Shown here: positions 24,101-32,220 of the stretch, in pieces | How the letters are laid out: every line of letters starts with the position of its first letter | Numbering within the stretch: position 1 is the first letter of the stretch | From: Paraspadella gotoi | Taxonomy: Eukaryota; Animalia; Chaetognatha | Direction of reading: 5' to 3' | Assembly: GCA_051294375.1 (NCBI GenBank) | Contig: JBJCIZ010000995.1 | Coordinates: 1 to 32,220 of the forward strand | Length of the DNA stretch: 32,220 nucleotides | Translations under genes and position numbers: made by a program | Notes under the pieces: model-generated | Database searches by the model: none | What the model was told of the DNA's origin: nothing | Seen by the model: the letters and a program-made list of their open reading frames with translations, nothing else

Positions 24101-27100
24101 TTATGCTCTATCAGAATCCATCAAAAAAAGTTAAGATTGATTAAAAAAATTTTTTATCATTATAAAATAATATTGTAATTTTAATAGCAATAATAAAAGC
24201 ATTAAAATCGAACTTTTTTTAAAAATTATTTTTTTACCAAAAAGTAGACTTCAAGACTAAAGTTTTGAACCCCCGCCCCTATTGAATTTAATTTCATAAT
24301 AGATTTCTACTTCTGTCTCTCTCTCTCTCTCTCTCTTTTCTCTCTCTCTCTCCCTCAGTCACAAAATGTAATTTCTTTTCCCTCACATTCTCTCTCTCTC
24401 TCTACCGAACCTTAAACCTGTCCTGCACATTTCACACTGTCCTGTCTCACATCTTTGGGGCCATTTCTTCTCTCTCTCTCTCTCTCTCTCCCAAAGTCAA
24501 TTTGAAAAAACATGGAAAATTGTGAATTGTCAAAGCACTGATGAAGGCTTGAATAAAAGCCGAAACTTGTATGTACTCAACTAAACTCAACTAAACTACT
24601 TAGAAATTTTGTTAAAAAAATTTCCAAAACTTTAATTAGAATTTTAAAAAAATCCTGCCTTTATCGAATTTTACTGACCTAACACATTAGGCGTCTCTTG
24701 GGTATACTTTAAGATTTTATAGGTTTCAGAGATGGCACTTTTTTGTTTCTTTCACATCCTCTCTGCCCTACCGTGCATTGACATTATGTACCGGGATTGA
24801 TCCCCAATGGTACTTACCCTGCGCGAAGCGTGATGACAGCCTGTAAAACTCTCAAGAGTGGTTTCAAGCCCTGGACTTGTTCCATTGCTGCCGAGGGGGC
24901 ACAGAAGATATGGATCATAATCTATTTGATTAAACAATTTTATTTTTATTATTAAAACTTTAAAAAAAAATTGCAAGTTTTTTAAAAAATTTTTCTCCAA
25001 AATTTGCACTATCTGATTTTGTAAAGATATTTTTTTATGATGTGAAAATTATTTCTTTTTCGTTGTTTATAAGTTAAGAGAGAATCAGTTTTTGAATTGT
25101 GCAACGAATTTTTTATTTATTTAATACGGACATGTTTCGTCTCTGTTTCGAGTCTTCATCAGAGTCGAAACATGTTCGTATTAAATAAATAAAAAATTCG
25201 TTGCACAATTCAAAAACTTTGATTTTCTCTTAAGATATTTTTTATATTATTTTTAAACTTGTACAGAGCATATTATTATAATTTATATTATTATTTTAGT
25301 TTTATCCTAAGTCCCTTCCTCCTCCCTTTTCCAGAGATCGAGCGGAACATTTAAATCTTTTCCTCAAAATTCTTCATCCTCTTCTACAACGACAACAACT
25401 CGACTATCAAATTTTTATTGTTGAACAAATCGGAGATAAAAAAAAGCCTTTTAACAAAGGTAAGGTTGACGGCCATCTTTGGCTCTCCATATCAGTTTAA
25501 ATCCAGAATTGAGTAAGATTTTAGTTACAAAAATTAGGTTAGAGGTTAGGGAATAAATTAGAGGTAAGGTTTGGGGTTAGTTTAAGTTCTATGGTTAATG
25601 GTTATGGGTTAGTATTTGGGCGAAGAATTAAGGTTAAGGATATAAAATATTTGAGTTAAAGACCAGAAATGGGTCGCTATAAAGAAATAGAAATAGGTCA
25701 AATTTGTCAGCATCGTCAGTATGTATCCCTCTCTTGTCCACCTTTTGAAAATTAATATTTCCAATGTTATTAATTTCAAAATTGTAACATTATGGTAAAA
25801 CAACTATTCTTTCAATCTTATTTAAAAAGGCAAGTTGTTTAACGTTGGCTTCTTGACGGCAAAATCGATGCGTCCAGACATCCGTTGTTTCGTCTTCCAT
25901 GATGTAGATCTGGTTCCAGAGGATGAAAGAATGCTCTATCGATGTGACAACTCAGCGGCCATCCATTTGGCAGCGATTGTGGACACACTTGGCTATACGT
26001 AAGGAGAGGATTGGAATGGTCAAATACTCAATGTACTTAATGAACAATCTATATGAAGCAAAGATTTTGGTATAAAGCATATTTAATGCGCGAGTCCTGA
26101 GATATGCATTCATAAAATTTTTTTAGGATTTTTCTAGATGTGATACAATAATTATGTATTTACTTTGTATGTAAATTATAAAGCTGTAATAAGAATGGGA
26201 TTAGAATAATAATAATAATAGCTGCTCATTTGTACTTTGTTGGGTAATAATGATTTGCTCAATATTCAAATATCCATGATTACTATCCTTAATTGGCTCA
26301 GAAAAAATGAGCTCTTCTACTAAATCCATATGAAAGACTTATCTTAATTTTTTTTGTCGGGTCTGCCTATCAGCAGATCCCGACTCTATAATTCACTTTG
26401 TCGGTCCGTCGGTTCGCCCCCTCAATATTGTCGGGCACACACTTATATCATGTTAGAACATCGAATTATGATTAATTATGCAAAATAAACGATGTCCGTC
26501 CGTCCGTCCGTCCGTCCCACCTAAGCAAAAAACCTCCAATTACTACTGTGATGGATGGATGGTCATGGTTATTGAAATGGTCTATCTCCGAATGTTGTGG
26601 GTAGGAAACTGTCGTGATCGAGATGGATAATGAATGTTTCGAAAGGGAATCGTACGAGGCGCTAGTGGAAATTGGTTTAAATGAGACAACAACCACAAAA
26701 AAATAGAAATCACTATTTCTGAACAGCCGCAATCTGCTCATTGTGGATAGGGCAATTGAACTTGAAATCTTTGTATGATGGTAGCGAAAGAGTGTGTGAT
26801 GTAAGCTGGACTATAAAGTTTCGATGGGAATCGGGCTGAGTGGAAATATGAGTTAAAATGGAAAAACAAAATCTATTACTTAAAGTTTTTTTTACTTACA
26901 ATTTTACTTCATAATGATATACAATGTTTATTAAATAAATGGATAGATAAATCGAAATGAATTTTGTGTAGTGTGGGGTAGGAATAGATTTGATGAAAGC
27001 TGTCGATCAATAAATATTGATCACGTTCTCTTTTTCAGAATGAGCACTATCCGTAGGCAGTTGATAAAGAGTTCAAATTAGAACAACCAAAAAGACACAC

Positions 27101-28202
27101 TTTACTATTGAAGATTGTTAAAGTTAGGTCTCTCTCAGCATATCTCTCTTCTGACTGATCTGACTTGATTGACAAATTATGCCAATTGACAAAAACTATG
27201 CCAGTCGACCACAATTTCTTAAAGTTGAGCCAAATCTGTATGCTGTTGCACCAAATTCAGCGCGTCATGACCCTATTAATAATATGGGCCGGTTCCGTAG
27301 GCCGCCAAATTATCTTAACTTGTAGTCATCGACAAATCTATGTCAGTTGACCAATATAATTCGTTATGTCACGTTAGACCAAAATGATGTCAGTTTAACC
27401 AAATTTATCGTCACGTTGACCAAATTATGGCAAGTCTTTGATTAAATCCTACTGCACAGGTTGCTTTGAAACCAAGTTAACATTCACTTAATCGGGCACT
27501 TAATTATCGCCACTTTGACCTGGAAGTTTTGATATGTAAGTAGAAAAGTGTGTGATTGAACAGGAAACCTAAGCTTTTCGATTGGAATCTTTTGAGTGGA
27601 AATGAGTTTCAACGGAAAAAAACAAAAAACGTGTTTTACTAATTGATTATGATTCTTTTTCCTTTTATATTAAATGTATATGCAGGATGTATTAATAAAT
27701 CAAATAATTAATCTGTTAATTAATCAATTAGTCAATTAATTAATCAATAATTAATTAATCAGTCAATCAATCCGTCCATCTGTCCCACCTTAGCAAAAAG
27801 CTCCAGTAACTCGTGATTGGCTGGTTGGATTTGAATGAAATTTTGTGTGTGGGTAGGAAAGTGTGTGATAAAGCTGGATATAAAGATTCGTCGGAATCGT
27901 GTGAGTGGAAATGAGTTTAAGTGGAAATAAACATAAGTCACATTTACTTGAATTCATATTATTTATGATTACTAATTAATGATTTACTATAAATGTTTTA
28001 ATTAATTAATTAATTAATTAATGTGAAAAATGTGCAATTTTAAAAAAATTATGCAAGTTGAAAAATAATGCAAGCAGAAAAAGATGCAAGTTAAAAAAAA
28101 TCCTAAAAGCATATAGGATCGTCCGCAATTGCAAGAGAAAGAGAAGAGAGAGAGAGAGAGAGAGAAGAGCAGAAAAAAATGAGCATAAGGATCGTCGCAA
28201 TT

Positions 28203-28247
<45 letters not shown>

Positions 28248-29172
28248 AGAGAGAGGCAGAAAATGAGCATAAGGATCGTTGCATATATATATATATATAA
28301 AGTTTTGACGGAATTGTGCCAGTGGAAATGAGTTAAGATGGAAAAAACATAAGTCACATTTACTTGAATCTTTAATATTAATGAATATACTAGGAAATAA
28401 ATGTTTTAATTAATTATAATAAATAATTAATTAATATGAAAAAATGATGCAAGTTAAAAAAATTTTAAAAGCGCAATTGCATAAAAAGAGAGAGAGAGAG
28501 AGAGAGTGAGAGAGAGAAGGAGACATAAAATAAAATAGAGGATATTTGTTTGTTTTGATAAAATGTAAACAAAACATTTAATAACTGTCCTAACCCAATT
28601 TTAAGGACATCGATGATGATAAGTTGAATATAAATTTAAAATTAATTATTACATGTTAAAATTAATTAATTAATTAATTAATCGATTAATTAATTAATTA
28701 TCGTAGGCAGATCCGACATTGTTTGCTCAAACTTGTTTTGATCTAATTGTCTGTTTCTCGGTTATATCTCAAACAAGCACCATCATTTAATTATGGAAAA
28801 CTACCATAATATTAATAAATATCTAGAATAATTAAGTAAAAATTCACATATGCTCAAAGAGCTCATTGCTCATTGCTTAATCAAAATACAAACAACATGA
28901 AAATGACATTTTTCTATTATTAAATACTATTCCCTCCTCATATTTATTTTTTTACTTTAAATAGCTCAGTTTACTAGAATTTAATATCCATTATAGCACA
29001 TAATTATAACAATTTTTTTTACAGTCCTTTGCACATTTCAAGAGTTGGTGGAGTGATAGCTGTGACGAAGGAGCAATACTTAATCGTCAATGGTTTTTCA
29101 AATCTTTACTGGGGCTGGGGTGGAGAGGATGACGATTTTGGCTGGAGATTAATCGAAGCAGGTCTCAATATT
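18043..29172 (+). CDS. Multi-exon GT7-family beta-1,4-glycosyltransferase (B4GALT / beta4GalNAcT bre-4-like); 5' TM exon not found, 3' end disrupted (possible pseudogene)
   Basis: Exons 18043-18132, 18429-18525, 18606-18686, 25335-25459, 25830-25998 and 29025-29172 splice in phase through GT-AG introns. Joined translation: DNWAKQ..TLPDCQLSKDLGPIW..LHSTKGGAWKPKNCVARHSVAIIIPFRDRAEHLNLFLKILHPLLQRQQLDYQIFIVEQIGDKKKPFNKGKLFNVGFLTAKSMRPDIRCFVFHDVDLVPEDERMLYRCDNSAAIHLAAIVDTLGYTPLHISRVGGVIAVTKEQYLIVNGFSNLYWGWGGEDDDFGWRLIEAGLNI. These are the hallmark GT7 motifs. Confidence 0.93.
18429..18525 (+). CDS. GT7 glycosyltransferase exon (stem region)
   Basis: Acceptor tatccttaAG, weak donor GTACAT. Open frame GPIWSRSKLKNFESWQRYMKNNAADLKFMEYFK. 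Phase 1 in and phase 2 out exactly bridge the two flanking exons. Confidence 0.65.
18606..18686 (+). CDS. GT7 glycosyltransferase exon (GGxxxPxxC..VAIIIPFR motif)
   Basis: Acceptor ttttccAG, donor GTGAAA. Encodes LHSTKGGAWKPKNCVARHSVAIIIPF(R). Confidence 0.92.
18876..21873 (+). mobile_element. HINE family 1 copy lacking both termini, intronic
   Basis: Starts at (GTCC)n and is colinear with 26490-28635. Contains a 166-bp insertion and a garbled internal duplication. Confidence 0.78.
19506..19853 (+). repeat. 18-bp minisatellite (GTTGACCAAATTATGYCA)n inside HINE
   Basis: About 19 head-to-tail units. Homologous arrays at about 8980-9300, 15590-15900 and 27165-27480. Confidence 0.9.
21868..22016 (-). 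mobile_element. 5' end of a second HINE-like family
   Basis: Minus strand: T-run, TATCGTCGCAA..TTGCGACGATA hairpin (21978-22010), then (CGT)n. Same 5' architecture as family 1 but a different sequence. Confidence 0.55.
23705..24309. mobile_element. ~0.6-kb AT-rich insertion nested in the PLE right arm
   Basis: Interrupts an arm that is continuous in the left copy. Flanked by CTTCTGT at 23698-23704 and 24310-24316 (11 bp with one mismatch). Family not recognised. Confidence 0.6.
24535..24574 (+). ncRNA. Minimal type-I hammerhead ribozyme (PLE-associated)
   Basis: GCA-CUGAUGA-A-GGCUU-gaauaa-AAGCC-GAAA-C-uu-G-UA|UGU: conserved core boxes, 5-bp stem II, 2-bp stem III, GUA cleavage triplet, 3-bp stem I (GCA/UGU). 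Confidence 0.8.
25039..25231 (-). mobile_element. Short 5'-truncated Penelope-like pLTR fragment with inverted 5' copy
   Basis: Inverted repeat of about 65-70 bp (about 25074-25143 vs 25163-25233). The minus strand reads hammerhead core, then ATTAAATAAATAAAA, TTCGTTGCAC and a tail of about 35 nt. Flanked by a ~14-bp direct repeat AAGATATTTTTT(T)AT at 25024-25038 and 25232-25245. Confidence 0.72.
25127..25162 (-). ncRNA. Minimal hammerhead ribozyme motif (5' strand of stem I lost)
   Basis: Minus strand: CUGAUGA-A-GACUC-gaaaca-GAGAC-GAAA-CAUG-UC|CG, with palindromic stem III (ACAUGU). The inverted copy preserves GAGUC, the perfect stem-II partner. Confidence 0.72.
25335..25459 (+). CDS. GT7 glycosyltransferase exon (RDRxEHL..LQRQQLDY..FNK)
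   Basis: Pyrimidine tract plus ccAG acceptor, donor GTAAGG. Encodes (R)DRAEHLNLFLKILHPLLQRQQLDYQIFIVEQIGDKKKPFNK(G). Confidence 0.95.
25533..25640 (+). repeat. Degenerate (TTAGGG)-like hexamer tract in intron
   Basis: GGTTAG-like units. A complementary degenerate (CCCTAA)-like tract lies at about 31185-31332. Confidence 0.55.
25830..25998 (+). CDS. GT7 glycosyltransferase exon with DxD metal-binding motif
   Basis: aAG acceptor (25828-29), donor GTAAGG (25999). Encodes KLFNVGFLTAKSMRPDIRCFVFHDVDLVPEDERMLYRCDNSAAIHLAAIVDTLGY. Confidence 0.95.
26355..28739 (+). mobile_element. Full-length Helentron-associated non-autonomous element (HINE / DINE-1-like), family 1
   Basis: 5' T-run plus subTIR TGTCGGGTCTGCCTA with adjacent inverted copy GCAGATCCCGAC. 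Then (GTCC)n, central 18-bp and ~120-180-bp tandem modules, 3' subTIR TAGGCAGATCCGACA (28704-18), short hairpin GTTTG-CT-CAAAC and a T-run. No TSD. Confidence 0.8.
29025..29172 (+). CDS. GT7 glycosyltransferase exon with WGWGGEDDD catalytic loop
   Basis: Acceptor ttttttttacAG. Encodes PLHISRVGGVIAVTKEQYLIVNGFSNLYWGWGGEDDDFGWRLIEAGLNI, then TGA at 29173-75. The 3' boundary is uncertain. Confidence 0.93.
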
Positions 29173-30264
29173 TGATTTTAAATGTTAGGCAATAATAGAA
29201 ATATAACATCAAAGTTTATGATAACTAGACCGGAGGTGGTGAACAAATACTCGAAGTGACAACGATAAGGGATTTTATTAATATTCAAACACGAGGTAAA
29301 GTCAGGAGAATATTTTCAATAGTTCTTTGTGAATCCTACCATCTACTTTTCTCTCTCTCTCACTTCACCAAGCCCAGGGCCATGTTCTCATTGGCCACAA
29401 ACTGAGTCTCCCCATAACCCTTTTCTTCTCCTTATTGGCTCTTGGTCCTGTCCGGGTCATAGAGTTTATGAGAGCCTCTTTGTTCGGGTCTTGGTCCGCG
29501 TGGTCCTCGTGGGCTCTGTCTCCTGCCGCGGCTGCTGATGATGAATTCTCCTGCAGCTGCGAGTCCCTTATTCGTTGATGATAATATGGTGTTGAAGACG
29601 AAAATATGACAAAATAAACGGCGCGGTAAAATGAAAAACGCATTGGCGAGACGGTTGTTCAAAATACCGTTGGTTAAATTTTAATAAAAGTTTATTTAAA
29701 CTTAGAGCTAAAGATAATTTTTTTCAAAAACGGGACATGGGGTGGTCACTGCAGGTCCAAAGCCCTGAGTGCCAGCTGTCGGGAGATGCCTCACACCCCA
29801 GGTATCACACACGTCCCTCCGTTGCCATAATATAACTGATCGCGAAATAGGCCGTGAAACTGAGCGAAATTTTATCGCTAATTAAACCGCCAATTTACGA
29901 TTGATAAATAAAATAATTGATCAATCACTAGATCAATAAAATCATAAATCAATCAATCAGTTATAATGTAGTTCAGAAGATTACTTATCTTTCAGTCGGG
30001 ATCACCAATGTAGAAGATGAAAATATGAGAAAATAAAGGTAGGGAAAAAGGTGAAGAATTGTGACGATGTAAGAGAATTAGAAAAGTAGTGAGACTAGTT
30101 CTCTCCTGTCAGGAGTCCTGATCCACGTTAATCATCGCCCAGACCAACTTGACCTTACGGTCGCCTCGGCCCTATTACTGTGTCCGGTCAATCTAAAGTC
30201 ATTGCCAAAGCTAGGGCAAAGTGACCGTGTAGATAGACCGGCTCGGAGAAAAACTTTAATAGGA

Positions 30265-30960
30265 CTAAGCTCTGATGAAAAAAGCCCGAGGTTTTTTCAA
30301 TATATTCTTATACCGGCCAAGGTAGAATGATGGCAATATTGTTAATATTAAGTTTCCAAAAAATCCCACCATAAATATAGAAAATATTAACCAAAATCTT
30401 TGGAAAATCAACCCCTTCTTTGGAAGATTTTCGCCATAGAAGATTTTTCCTGAATCTGACTCCCGGTTGAAAACTCTTAGAATTCCGATCGTTAGCTCCT
30501 CTTTTACTTTAAATAAAAATTTCACCAAAATGGACTAATTCACTTTACCATGATCGTATCATATCAAAATAACCTAATAAAATGTAAAGAAAAATTTTGA
30601 GAGCCCTTCAGACACTTTGCCAAAGGATTCCAAAATTAGACCTCATTTGTTGAACAGGAACATACCTCAGTCACGTTTATATCGTTTTCAAGGAAAAAAA
30701 TCCCTTTCATTTCTATATAAAATCAGAGATGGAAAATTTCTCCGTCCAGAAGCAGTCTATTTGTTCTGGCTTGTTTGATATCAAGATGTTGATGATTTGA
30801 CAAGAGAAAAAAAATGCGACAGGATTGGAATCAAGTGTTTTTACATCGATATTTTACCAGAATTTTTACCAGGAGCGTTTATATTGTTTGGTAGTCAGAT
30901 TTGAACGAAAATCTCCATTGAAAAAGTCTTCCTCGATCTCTAAGAACGACGTAGACTCCT
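30265..30960 (-). pseudogene. Possible decayed membrane-protein (ionotropic-receptor-like) coding relic
   Basis: The 87-aa ORF has a TM-like segment FWLIFSIFMVGFFGNLILTILP. An upstream stop-interrupted frame reads ILISNKPEQIDCFWTEKFS. Resemblance judged by eye only. Confidence 0.22.
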
Positions 30961-32220
30961 AACTTTAAAGAGAAAGACCGGTGGTAAGTCGCCTCAATGG
31001 CAACAAATGCTTCTTTATCCTTGGCTGTTTCATTGGTGAATTTTTCTCTCTTTCTTTCTTAATCCCTTTTTATTTCTCTTTTGACTCTCTTTTTCCAGAG
31101 CACCCCATTTCTGTTTATTTTGGAGTTTAATTTTAATTTAAATATATATGTTTTTATCAAACTTAAAATATTGAATCTTAGCCATATCCTAAACCCTTAT
31201 CCTAAGCTCTCATCTGTAATTTCTAACCCTTATCCCCAATCATAATCACTAACTTAATCTCCAACCTTAACCACTAACCTAATCTTTATTCTTAACCTTC
31301 AACTCAATCTTTAACCCAAAAAAATAACCTAATTCCAAATTTAAGATGAAATGGGGCGTTCTTGGATAATAAGGCCAAAATGTTTTTGTTTCCTTGTTAA
31401 ACAATTCCCTATCTAATATCTATCTAATATCTATCTTATATCTAATAATTCCCGATCTAATACTTAAGGGAGTCGTCTTTTCATACAATTGAAACGTTCT
31501 TTGAAACATTATACCACTTCATTGATAGGGAAGCCAGGTAATCTTGGAGTAAATAAACTAGACTGTGAGAGAGTCTTGATTGAAAGCTTGCAGGGACCTG
31601 CTATGTCATTATCTTGTAAGAGTGATGGAGGCCCTTCACCACCAAAGTCTGTCCAAAGTCAGGGGCAAGATAGCTTATTTATTAAATGAATAGATAATTT
31701 TTATATTGGTTGTAGCAATTTCATACATAACCAACTTTAGGTTTTATTCCACTCTTAGGAATTCCAATCAAAAGAGACAGCGCTAAACAGCCGTTTCATC
31801 GCTACACGATGTTGAAGCATGTGAGCCGCAATACGAAAGCAAATCCGAAAAGGTGAGAGATAGAGAGAGAGACCGACCGAGGAAGGATAAAAAATTTAAA
31901 AAATATAGAAAAAGAGTTATGAGGACACTCGAGTTACTCAATGGGTACTAGACCTTGCCATATATGAAAAGTTTTTAAATCAAAAAACGAGTATTGTTTA
32001 AAAGGTGCCCATACACCATACACAAAATAAAATTTAAGGTTTTTCAATCAACAACATTGGACAGAGTATGAAAAAGACTTCCTCTGGCAATGTAAATCTG
32101 TATTAAAATTTAAATATGCTATTTGCTTATTTTATTATTTATTTCTTTAATAACATTCATGTTAATTCCCATTACATTTATTTGAGACCGGGAACGGATT
32201 GCTAGCATTTATACAATAAA

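Larger units (their letters stand above)
22623..24589 (-). mobile_element. Penelope-like retroelement (PLE) insertion, non-coding/truncated, with inverted pseudo-LTR arms
   Basis: Arms of about 465 bp, 22706-23169 versus 23488-23704 plus 24310-24576, are reverse complements. A 12-bp direct repeat ACTAAACTACTT lies at 22611-22622 and 24590-24601 (TSD). The arm end carries a hammerhead core, and the minus-strand copy continues with AATAAA and a 3' tail. Confidence 0.75.

Noticed and set aside
24829-24837. C-box-like GTGATGA (snoRNA)
   Set aside because: No nearby D box or terminal stem.
29535-29550. CTGATGA box (another at about 30271)
   Set aside because: No stem II closed by GAAA downstream.
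31185-31332. Telomere-like (CCCTAA)n tract
   Set aside because: Highly degenerate and interstitial; not a chromosome end.

Overview
AT-rich eukaryotic (animal-like) genomic window with two assembly gaps. Several stretches look like uncorrected long-read sequence. Almost all ORFs in the supplied track are artefacts of (GA)n/(CT)n and 18-bp repeats. The real coding signal is a spliced + strand GT7-family (B4GALT/beta4GalNAcT-like) glycosyltransferase. Six exons (18043-29172) join in phase through GT-AG introns and carry IIPFRDR, HDVD and WGWGGEDDD. The protein has unusual residues at donor-specificity positions and a disrupted 3' end. Its 6.6-kb intron holds two Penelope-like retroelement insertions with inverted pseudo-LTRs and flanking target-site duplications. 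Each carries a minimal hammerhead ribozyme motif, and one is complete and in the sense of the host pre-mRNA. The rest is dominated by about five copies of a Helentron-associated non-autonomous (HINE/DINE-1-like) element, fragments of other HINE-like families, a MITE-like foldback and minisatellites. All alignments were made by eye; no database searches were run.
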